Positions 19,267 through 26,992 of a stretch of 64,000 bases of DNA are shown piece after piece. The stretch is from Candidatus Angelobacter sp. (lineage in GTDB: Bacteria; Acidobacteriota; Terriglobia; Terriglobales; Acidobacteriaceae): NCBI GenBank assembly GCA_035695325.1, contig DASSEH010000011.1, positions 29,706 through 93,705 on the forward strand. Reading direction: 5' to 3'. The notes beneath the pieces were generated by a model, which worked only from the letters and a program-made list of their open reading frames with translations, did no database searches and was not told where the DNA came from. The position numbers and the translations under genes are program-made. Every line of letters starts with the position of its first letter. Within the stretch, counting starts at the first letter, position 1.

Positions 19267-19470
19267 TCCACGGGTATGGGCTCAGCCATGTGCATGTGAG
19301 ATGTGTGCAGTCTGTGCGGGCTTGAATCTGTGCAGGCTTGAAGATGAGGCCCGGAAGGGCCAAAAATCTCTCTGGCGGGCTGTGCTAACTGCGGCTGCTC
19401 ATTTATACTGGCTGGTTTCACGGGCGGCTGAATGGCGATTCATTTTGATAGGCCGCAGGAACTTTAACTT

Positions 19471-20241
19471 ATGAAAATTCTGGTTTGCATGAAGCAGGTC
19501 CCACAGAAGGACGCTCCGCTCAAGCTGAATGAGGGCGGCTCCTGGATCCGCGAAGATGTTTCTTATGAAGTCAACGAGCCGGACGCGTTTGCTCTGGAAG
19601 AGGCGCTGCGGCAAAAAGAGAAGCATGGCGGCGAGGTGGTGGCGATTACCGCCGGTCCGGCGCGGGCGCAGCAGGTATTGCGCGAGGCGCTGGCCAAGGG
19701 CGCGGACCGCGCGATCCATCTGGAAGACAACGCCTTTGCCGGTCTCGACGCCAACAATATTGCCAAAGCATTTGTGGCGGCGCTGCAGGATGAGAAATTC
19801 GACCTGATCTTTACCGGCCTGCAGTCGGACGATTATGGCTACGCGCAGACGGGCGTGATCATGGCGGAGCTGCTGGGATGGCCTCATGCCACCATCATCA
19901 TGGAAATCCAAACGAGTGACAGTGGCATCCGTGTTAAACGGGAGCTTGAATCCGGTTTCTTCCAGCATGTGGCCATGCCGCTGCCAGCGGTGCTGACGAT
20001 CCAGTCGGGCATCAACAAGCTGCGTTATGCCACGCTGCTGGGCATCAAGCAGGCCAAGACCAAGCCGCTGCGCAAGGTCGCGCTGGACGAGGTGAAATCC
20101 TCGCTGGGCGACAACATGCAGAAGATTGAAAAGCTGTACATTCCGCAGAAGAACAAGAAGACCGAGATGCTGGAAGGTCCGGCGGCGGAAGTGGCCAAGA
20201 AGCTGGTGGACAGGCTCCGTAACGAGGTCCGCGTGATCTAA
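19471..20241 (+). CDS. etfB: Electron transfer flavoprotein, beta subunit
   Basis: MKILVCMKQVP...GGEVVAITAGP...DLIFTGLQSDD is EtfB-like, and etfA follows. Confidence 0.9.
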   Translation: MKILVCMKQVPQKDAPLKLNEGGSWIREDVSYEVNEPDAFALEEALRQKEKHGGEVVAITAGPARAQQVLREALAKGADRAIHLEDNAFAGLDANNIAKAFVAALQDEKFDLIFTGLQSDDYGYAQTGVIMAELLGWPHATIIMEIQTSDSGIRVKRELESGFFQHVAMPLPAVLTIQSGINKLRYATLLGIKQAKTKPLRKVALDEVKSSLGDNMQKIEKLYIPQKNKKTEMLEGPAAEVAKKLVDRLRNEVRVI

Positions 20242-20270
20242 ATACGGCCACGCGGCGAAAGGGGAAGTTT

Positions 20271-20516
20271 ATGGAGCGGATAGATTACGACCCCGAGGGC
20301 GGGAATTATCTCCCGGTAACGCGGCGTGAAACCGGAAACACACTGGTGGTAGCGGGCCTGATTATGCTGATAGCGGCCCTGGGATGGCTGCTCTACGCGC
20401 GCTGGGACATTCGCGCCGGAGGCGAGCTGATGCTGACCAGCTTAGTCGTGGACGTGGCCACCGCGCTGGGACTGATGGTTTGGGGATTTCGCAAAAGGAT
20501 TCGACAAAAGACATAG
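20271..20516 (+). CDS. Small 2-TM membrane protein encoded between etfB and etfA
   Basis: 81 aa with two hydrophobic helices (LVVAGLIMLIAALGWLLY and LTSLVVDVATALGLMVWGF). Gaps are tight: 29 nt after etfB and 3 nt before etfA. Confidence 0.55.
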   Translation: MERIDYDPEGGNYLPVTRRETGNTLVVAGLIMLIAALGWLLYARWDIRAGGELMLTSLVVDVATALGLMVWGFRKRIRQKT

Positions 20517-20519
20517 ACA

Positions 20520-21515
20520 ATGGCAGACACAATCCTGGTAATTGCTGAACAGCGTGAAGGCAAACTGAATCGCGTCTCATGGGAGACGGTAACCGCGGCG
20601 CAGGCCATTGCGGCCGAGACCGGCTGGAGCATCGAAGCAGCGGTCTTTGGCAGCGGCATCGCCGGCATTGCCACGGAGATCGCGGGCAAGAAGGTGGCGA
20701 AGGTGTATGTCGTGGAGTCGCCGAAACTCGACAAGTACACGCCGGACGGCACGGTGGCCGCTCTGCGGCAGCTGGTGGAGGCGAAGAAGCCCCGGCTGGT
20801 GCTGATGCCGCACACGTATCAGGTGCGCGACTTCGCGCCGCAGCTCACTTCGACGCTCAAGCGCACGCTGATCAGCGATGCCATTGGCTTCCACAAGGAC
20901 GGCGAGAAGCTGCTGTTCACGCGGCAGATGTTCCAGGGCAAATTTGCCGCCGACGTATCGTTTGCCTGCGATCCGCCGCACTTTGTCACTTTCCAGGCGG
21001 GGGCTTTCCGCGGCGACAAGGCCGAGGCCGGCGCGTCTGCCGCACCGGTAGAGACGGTGAATGTGGAGATAGCGGACAACGTGATCCGCACCCAGCCGGA
21101 AGAGCCATTCAAAGAAGCCAAACAGGCGGTGGACCTCACGCAGGCGGAGATCATTGTTTCCGTTGGGCGCGGCATTAAAGAGCAGAAAAATATCGAGCTG
21201 GCCAAAGCGCTGGCGGATGCGCTGGGCGGCGAGATCGCGGCTTCGCGTCCTATATGCGATTCTGGCTGGCTGCCGATGGACCGGCAGATTGGCAGCTCGG
21301 GCCAGACCGTGGCCCCGAAGGTCTATTTGGCCGTGGGCATCAGCGGAGCGATCCAGCACATTGTGGGCATGAAGGGCGCGCGGACGATCATTGCCATCAA
21401 TAAGGACGCGGAGGCGCCCATTTTTGAGATTGCCGATTACGGCGTGGTGGGCAATTTGTTTGACGTTGTTCCCGCTCTCACGGAAGAAGTGAAGAAGGCG
21501 AAGGCGGGCGGGTAG
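20520..21515 (+). CDS. etfA: Electron transfer flavoprotein, alpha subunit
   Basis: FAD-binding C-terminal region [48 protein letters not shown]. Confidence 0.92.
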   Translation: MADTILVIAEQREGKLNRVSWETVTAAQAIAAETGWSIEAAVFGSGIAGIATEIAGKKVAKVYVVESPKLDKYTPDGTVAALRQLVEAKKPRLVLMPHTYQVRDFAPQLTSTLKRTLISDAIGFHKDGEKLLFTRQMFQGKFAADVSFACDPPHFVTFQAGAFRGDKAEAGASAAPVETVNVEIADNVIRTQPEEPFKEAKQAVDLTQAEIIVSVGRGIKEQKNIELAKALADALGGEIAASRPICDSGWLPMDRQIGSSGQTVAPKVYLAVGISGAIQHIVGMKGARTIIAINKDAEAPIFEIADYGVVGNLFDVVPALTEEVKKAKAGG

Positions 21516-21642
21516 CATCTTCGCAGGCATTCAGAAGCAGCCCCGGGCAGAAGCAGATTCTTCGTTTTGCTCAGAATGACAAATCCTGTTTGATAACGGC
21601 AATCGGCAGCAGAGACTACAGGAACACCACAGGAAACAATTC

Positions 21643-23343
21643 ATGATCTTCCGTAAAACGATTGAGGGAGTCGAGCGTCCGCAGATGGAGGCCGACGTCA
21701 CTATTGTGGGTGGCGGGCCGGCGGGCATGGCGTGCGCGCTGCGTTTGTCACAGCTGATTGACCGGCACAATCGCCGCCATCCGGATGCGCCGCTGAGCAA
21801 AGAGAACATTTATGTGCTCGAGAAGGCGCGTGAAGTGGGTCAGCATTGCCTGTCCGGTGCGCTGCTGGATCCGCGCTCCATGGACGAGTTGCTGCCTGGC
21901 TGGCGTGACGAGGCTCCGCTCGATGCCGAAGTCAGCGAAGAGAACGTTTACTTCCTGACCAAAGAGCACGAATACAGATTCCCGCTGACGCCGCCGCCGC
22001 TTGAGGACCACGGCAATTACGTGATCTCCATCAATCGCTTTGTGAAGTGGCTGGCGGAGAAGGTGGAGCAGGCGGGCATTACGGTGTTCACTGGCTTTGC
22101 CGGATCGGAGCTGCTGCTGGAAGGCGACCGCGTGACCGGCGTGCGCACCGATGACAAGGGTGTGGACAAGCAGAACCAGCAGAAGGCCAATTTCGAGCCA
22201 GGCTATGACCTGAAATCGAAGGTCACGGTGCTGGCCGAGGGTTCGCGCGGATCACTCACCAAACAACTGGTCGGACGCTTCCATCTGCAGGGGGAAAACC
22301 CGCAGGTGTATGGCGTGGGCGTGAAAGAGCTGTGGGAGGTGCCCTCCGGGCGCGTTCGCGAGGGCGAGGTCATCTACACCATGGGCTGGCCGCTGACTAC
22401 CAAAGAGTATGGCGGCGCGTGGATTTACGGATCGAAAGACAACGTGGTTTCGCTGGGCTATGTGACGGGCCTCGATTATGAAGATCCGCGGCTCGATCCG
22501 CAGCGCGTGCTGCAGCAGTTCAAGCAGCATCCGATGATCGCGCATTTGCTGGAAGGCGGAAAGATGATCCGCTATGGCGCGAAGTCACTGCCGTATGGCG
22601 GATGGTATTCCATGCCGCCGCTGGCGGGCCATGGCTGGATGATTGTGGGCGATTCGGCGGGCTTTCTCAATTCGCAGCGGCTCAAGGGTATACATTTGGC
22701 GATCAAGAGCGGCATGCTGGCGGCGGAGACCGCGTTTGAAGCCATGGTGGCCAACAACTTCAGCGCGCACAAGCTCCAGGATTTCAAGCTGAAAGTGGAC
22801 ACCAGCTGGATCAAAGACGAGCTGTGGCAGGTGCGCAACTTCCATCAGGGATTCGAAAAGGGCATGCTGTATGGCCTGTTCCACACGGCGCTGCAGCAGA
22901 TGACCGGCGGACGCGGTCTGTACGAGGTGTATCCCACACATGACGGACACCAGCGCATGAAGCGCCTCAGCGAGCTGCCGGCGGATGGCGGCGAGCGCGC
23001 GCACCTTCTGGGCAAAGCCAAAGGTGACGGCAAGCTGACCTTCGATAAGCTGACCGATCTTTACCACTCCGGCACAAAGCATGAAGAAGACCAGCCGGCG
23101 CATCTGGTGATTCACGATACGAATATCTGCAACACGCGCTGTGTGACGGAGTTCGGCAATCCCTGCCAGAATTTTTGTCCGGCCAACGTGTATGAGATGG
23201 AGGAAACGAGTGGGGGCAAGGCCATCCATTTGAATCCCTCGAACTGCGTGCACTGCAAGACCTGCGACATCATGGATCCCTACAAGATCATTACGTGGGT
23301 GCCGCCCGAGGGCGGCGGTGGTCCGAATTACGACGGGATGTGA
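21643..23343 (+). CDS. Electron-transfer-flavoprotein:ubiquinone oxidoreductase (ETF-QO)
   Basis: N-terminal VTIVGGGPAGMA dinucleotide fold and C-terminal 4Fe-4S region NCVHCKTCDIMDP...WVPPEGGGGPNY. Confidence 0.9.
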   Translation: MIFRKTIEGVERPQMEADVTIVGGGPAGMACALRLSQLIDRHNRRHPDAPLSKENIYVLEKAREVGQHCLSGALLDPRSMDELLPGWRDEAPLDAEVSEENVYFLTKEHEYRFPLTPPPLEDHGNYVISINRFVKWLAEKVEQAGITVFTGFAGSELLLEGDRVTGVRTDDKGVDKQNQQKANFEPGYDLKSKVTVLAEGSRGSLTKQLVGRFHLQGENPQVYGVGVKELWEVPSGRVREGEVIYTMGWPLTTKEYGGAWIYGSKDNVVSLGYVTGLDYEDPRLDPQRVLQQFKQHPMIAHLLEGGKMIRYGAKSLPYGGWYSMPPLAGHGWMIVGDSAGFLNSQRLKGIHLAIKSGMLAAETAFEAMVANNFSAHKLQDFKLKVDTSWIKDELWQVRNFHQGFEKGMLYGLFHTALQQMTGGRGLYEVYPTHDGHQRMKRLSELPADGGERAHLLGKAKGDGKLTFDKLTDLYHSGTKHEEDQPAHLVIHDTNICNTRCVTEFGNPCQNFCPANVYEMEETSGGKAIHLNPSNCVHCKTCDIMDPYKIITWVPPEGGGGPNYDGM

Positions 23344-23795
23344 GGCACTGGAGCAGAATGAGCCGGAGGAGTGGCAAGGCGGCAATCCGTGTTTTCCGCA
23401 GATGCTTTCTGCTGGCGATTTCGGGGTTCAATTTGCCGCAGCAGTTCCAGAAGAGGTTCAATGCCATCGAGCAACTGGGCCTTCGTGAGGAAAGCGAAGG
23501 CACCTTCATGGCGAAAGTGTTCTTTATAGCTGCGGGAGAGACCGGTGATGATGATGACCGGAATGTCCGCGGTGACCGGATCCTGCTTCAGGTGCTCGAG
23601 CACTTCATGTCCGCTTAGTTTGGGCAGCAGCACGTCGAGCAGCACCACATCGGGCAGGACCGACTGGACCAGTTTGAGTCCCTGCTCACCATCTTCGGCG
23701 GAGGATACGGTGTAACCAGCCTGGCGCAGAAGATGCTCATTCATCGTCTTGGTGAGGCGGTTGTCTTCAATCAGGACGATGTGAAGCGTATTCAT
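23328..23795 (-). CDS. Single-domain response regulator (receiver only)
   Basis: IVLIEDN...DVVLLDVLLPKLSGHEVL...PVIIITG is CheY-like. It is convergent with ETF-QO and overlaps its end by 16 nt. Confidence 0.85.
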   Translation of the reverse strand: MNTLHIVLIEDNRLTKTMNEHLLRQAGYTVSSAEDGEQGLKLVQSVLPDVVLLDVLLPKLSGHEVLEHLKQDPVTADIPVIIITGLSRSYKEHFRHEGAFAFLTKAQLLDGIEPLLELLRQIEPRNRQQKASAENTDCRLATPPAHSAPVPHIPS

Positions 23796-23841
23796 ACTTT
23801 GATGATCGGCAAGAGTGGCTGGGAAATTAGCACCGCATTTG

Positions 23842-23870
23842 AGGTGGAAACAGTAAGTTGAAGGTGGAAA
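23842..23870. promoter_or_regulatory. Direct repeat AGGTGGAAA x2 with 20-bp periodicity upstream of the receiver gene
   Basis: Copies at 23842-23850 and 23862-23870, located 47-75 bp upstream of the ATG at 23795. Confidence 0.25.
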
Positions 23871-23871
23871 A

Positions 23872-23930
23872 GGGCTTAGCTGATGGTGTATGGACTTACG
23901 ATTTGGGCTTTTGGCTTTTGGCTCTTAGCC
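23872..23930. repeat. 'GGCTAA/GGCCAA/AGCCAAAAGCC'-type intergenic repeat (family A), short copy
   Basis: gggcttagc...ttgggcttttggcttttggctcttagcc. The same word family occurs at 33846-33987, 36200-36285 and 36955-37043. Confidence 0.4.
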
Positions 23931-24039
23931 ACATGTCCTTTAGTTTGCCAGCGGATTCGCCTGAAAAGCGTTCTTTGCTGTAGCTGCTGGCGAAAGCGGC
24001 TGGTGTATGAGACGGCCTTAATGGGCCTATAATGTCTTT

Positions 24040-24175
24040 AGGTTCCGACCATCTTTGCCCCTGGGGCATACCTGGGCGATTATGGCGGTTCCCTGCGGAG
24101 TTGCAGGGACGAGGGTTTGGCGGGAAACGGCCAGGCCTCCCGTTTGGAAAGGGACCACACCTGAGTGTGTGCCTT
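24040..24175 (+). promoter_or_regulatory. Candidate molybdenum-cofactor (Moco) riboswitch in the moaA leader
   Basis: The leader starts after a TATAAT box (24028-24033). It contains GGTTCCGACC...GGCCAGGCCTCCCGTTTGGAAAGGGACC, which as I recall resembles the conserved CCGAGCC...GCCUCCC...GGAAAGG core of the Moco motif. It sits directly upstream of moaA. Confidence 0.45.
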
Positions 24176-24271
24176 CCTTTCTTTCATCCCCTGCGGCTTT
24201 GTGGCATGAAGCTTTTTTTATGTGACACAGCACATTTGTTGGACCAGAGTACGCTGGAGAGCGGTCCTTAC

Positions 24272-25261
24272 ATGCGGCTTCGCGACAAACACGGACGAGA
24301 CATCACCGATCTGCGGGTGAGCATTACCGACCGCTGCAACTACCGCTGCGTGTATTGCCGCACCGGAAACGAAGGTGCACTCTACTCGGAGCTGCCCTTT
24401 GCGGAGTATCTGCGCATGGTCCGCATTTTTGTGCAGCTTGGCATTGAGAAGGTGCGGTTGACCGGCGGCGAGCCGCTGCTGCGCGGCGGGATTGTTTCTT
24501 TTGTCCGCGAGATTGCGCAGCTGCGCACGCTGGATGGCAAGGTGCCCGATATCGCCGTGACCACCAACGGCCATCTGCTGGCGGAGATGGTGCAGCCGCT
24601 GAAGGATGCGGGTTTGCGGCGCGCCACCATCAGCATGGACGCCGTGGATCCCGCCAAATTTGCCGCCATCACGCGCGTGGCTTCCGGTTATGACAATGTG
24701 CTGGCCGGCATTCGCGCCGCCAAACGCGCGGGTCTGGAGCCGGTAAAGGTCAACTGCGTGCTTCTGCGCGGCTTTAATGACGATCAGATCGTGGAGTTCG
24801 CAAAGTTTTCCCGCGATGAAGGCGTGGTGGTGCGCTTTATCGAGTTCATGCCGCTGGAAGAAGACCGCGTGTGGACGAAAGAAATTGTGGTGACCATGGA
24901 CGAGGTGCTCAGCAAGCTCAATGAGTTTCGTCCGGTGCGCCAGCTTCCCAATGCACCGAGCGAAACGGCGCGGCGCTACACCTTTGACGATGGCCTGGGC
25001 GAAATCGGCATCATTGCGCCGGTATCGCATCCGTTTTGCGGGCACTGCTCCCGCGTGCGTCTTACTTCGGATGGCAAGATTCGCACCTGCCTGTTTTCCC
25101 TTCTCGACCATGATCTGGCCTCGCGGATGCACTCCGGCGCGGACGACGAAGAGCTGGCGGCGTACATTCATACCGTAATCGGACACAAAGAGGCGCGGCA
25201 CCACATCGGCGAACCCGGCTTCATCAAGCCTTCGCGCAGTATGGTGCATATTGGCGGTTAG
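24272..25261 (+). CDS. moaA: GTP 3',8-cyclase MoaA (radical SAM)
   Basis: LRVSITDRCNYRCVYC radical-SAM cluster, second cluster CGHCSRVRLTSDGKIRTCLF, and the C-terminal GG. ATG 24272 is preferred because the listed 24032 start would translate the structured leader. Confidence 0.9.
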   Translation: MRLRDKHGRDITDLRVSITDRCNYRCVYCRTGNEGALYSELPFAEYLRMVRIFVQLGIEKVRLTGGEPLLRGGIVSFVREIAQLRTLDGKVPDIAVTTNGHLLAEMVQPLKDAGLRRATISMDAVDPAKFAAITRVASGYDNVLAGIRAAKRAGLEPVKVNCVLLRGFNDDQIVEFAKFSRDEGVVVRFIEFMPLEEDRVWTKEIVVTMDEVLSKLNEFRPVRQLPNAPSETARRYTFDDGLGEIGIIAPVSHPFCGHCSRVRLTSDGKIRTCLFSLLDHDLASRMHSGADDEELAAYIHTVIGHKEARHHIGEPGFIKPSRSMVHIGG

Positions 25262-25369
25262 CGGGCGAACCCTCTCAGATACTCTCAATTTCTCGCGAAT
25301 TTGCTCCGAACAAGGGATAATCTCTTATTTGACCGATACTCTTAACGTGGAGATGGGCCGAGACCACTC

Positions 25370-26203
25370 ATGCCTTTGGTTGTTGATGTAGCCGGTAAAA
25401 CCGACGTAGGAATTGTTCGCACGAACAACGAAGACAACTTCGGCTACGATTCGCGCTACGGGATTTTTGTGGTCTGCGATGGCATGGGCGGACAAGCCGC
25501 GGGCGAGGTAGCCAGCAAGATCGCCGTGGATACCATTTTGGATTACTTTCGCGATGCCGCGCGCTCCGGCAGTTTTCCCCAGGAAGGGAAGCCGCTGCCG
25601 GATGTATCCGTGTTGGGCATGGCGCTGGCCAGCGCGGTGCGGCGGGCCAACCGGGCCATTTATGATGCCGGGCAAAAGCAGGAAGCACGGCAGGGAATGG
25701 GCTCTACCGTAGTAGCGGTGCTGCTGCGGGCGAATTCACTGCGCGTGGCCAACGTGGGCGATAGTCGCGTCTATTTGATTCGCAGCGGCGCGATTGAACA
25801 GCTCACGGAAGACCACTCGCTGGTCATGGAGCAGGTGCGGCGCGGATACCTTACACTGGCGCAGGCGGAAGAATCCAATATGCAAAACATTATTCTGCGC
25901 GCACTGGGGTCCGAGCCCGAGGTGCAGCCGGACGTGCATGATCTGATCGCCCTGCCGGGGGACAGCCTGCTGCTGACCTCGGACGGGCTAACGCGGCATG
26001 TGCGGGATGAAGAGATTCTTGAGATCGTCAATTCGTCTTCTTCGCTTGAGAAAGCCTGCGATGCGCTGATACAGGAAGCCAAAGATCGCAGCGGAGACGA
26101 TAACATTACCTGTCTGCTTCTTCGCATGGAGGAGTCCACGTGGTACAAAAGCAAGTGGAAGAAGCTGTTTTCGGGAGGCCGCGAATGGCAAAACTCTATC
26201 TAA
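25370..26203 (+). CDS. PP2C-family Ser/Thr protein phosphatase
   Basis: GKTDVGIVRTNNEDNF, VCDGMGG, ANVGDSRVYL and LLLTSDGL motifs. Confidence 0.9.
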   Translation: MPLVVDVAGKTDVGIVRTNNEDNFGYDSRYGIFVVCDGMGGQAAGEVASKIAVDTILDYFRDAARSGSFPQEGKPLPDVSVLGMALASAVRRANRAIYDAGQKQEARQGMGSTVVAVLLRANSLRVANVGDSRVYLIRSGAIEQLTEDHSLVMEQVRRGYLTLAQAEESNMQNIILRALGSEPEVQPDVHDLIALPGDSLLLTSDGLTRHVRDEEILEIVNSSSSLEKACDALIQEAKDRSGDDNITCLLLRMEESTWYKSKWKKLFSGGREWQNSI

Positions 26204-26907
26204 AATTCGACCAGCAGCTGCTGAAGGAAGTTCCGCTCACGCCCACCACCCTGACCATTGGCCGCCTGCCGGACAATATGCTGCAGATCGACAATCTGGC
26301 GGTCTCCGGGCATCACGCCAAAGTCACGTGGGAAGCGGACCACTACGCCATTGAGGACCTGGGCTCCCTGAACGGCACCTATGTGAACAACCAGCGGGTG
26401 GGCAAAGCCTCGCTGCGCGATGGCGATCAGGTGCTGATCGGCAAACATGTGGTCCAGTTCAAGGATGAAACGCAGATGCCTGAACCGGCCATGCCGCCCA
26501 AGCCCATTGCCACGCTTGAATCCACCGTAGTTCTGGATACGCGCCAGGCCCAGGAGATGCTGGCCGCGCCTGCAGCCGGTCCCGCACCCGCCGCTGCCCC
26601 ACCCAAAGAGAAGACCGCCATCCTAAGCGTGCTCGACGGACGTACAGACCAGACGCAGTATGTGCTCACCGGCAAAATGACCATGATTGGAAAATCGAAC
26701 ATGGCCTCGATCCGGCTGAAAGGGCTTTTTGCCCCGAACAGCGCCGCGCTCATCAGCCGGCGTGAAGGCAAATATTTCATCGCTGCTTCCGAGGCCAAAA
26801 TCAAGCTCCGCATCAACGGTGAAGAGATTTCCGGCCAGCGCGAACTCATGGACGGAGACATCATCGAGGTGGCCAGCATCAAGGTTGCTTTTGGCCTGCA
26901 GGAGTAA
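26185..26907 (+). CDS. Protein with two FHA domains
   Basis: N-terminal FHA domain (LTIGRLPDNMLQIDNLAVSGHHAKV...LGSLNGTYVNNQRV) and a second FHA-like module (MTMIGKSNMASIRL...KLRINGEEI). ATG 26185 follows GGGAGG and overlaps the PP2C end. Confidence 0.85.
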   Translation: MAKLYLKFDQQLLKEVPLTPTTLTIGRLPDNMLQIDNLAVSGHHAKVTWEADHYAIEDLGSLNGTYVNNQRVGKASLRDGDQVLIGKHVVQFKDETQMPEPAMPPKPIATLESTVVLDTRQAQEMLAAPAAGPAPAAAPPKEKTAILSVLDGRTDQTQYVLTGKMTMIGKSNMASIRLKGLFAPNSAALISRREGKYFIAASEAKIKLRINGEEISGQRELMDGDIIEVASIKVAFGLQE

Positions 26908-26992
26908 AATCATCCGGGAGTAAGCTCGTCCGGAAGTAAGCCCGTCGCGCCAGTGACTTTTTCTGGGGCCGTGCGTCCATCAACATACATAT

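Noticed and set aside
18917-19363. 148-aa minus-strand ORF in the GNAT-etfB gap
   Set aside because: The translation is assembled from hairpins and repeats, with segments such as IRVHPRKSAVK and ACAALPFLDF coming from palindromes. It has no RBS, so I treated it as non-coding repeat DNA.
24032-24271. 80-codon N-terminal extension of the moaA ORF
   Set aside because: It would translate the structured leader (the candidate Moco riboswitch). Conserved MoaA begins about 15 aa before the CNYRCVYC cluster, which matches ATG 24272 with GGAGAG upstream.
24218-25288. 356-aa ORF antisense to moaA
   Set aside because: This is an antisense shadow ORF. moaA on the plus strand has both Fe-S cluster motifs.
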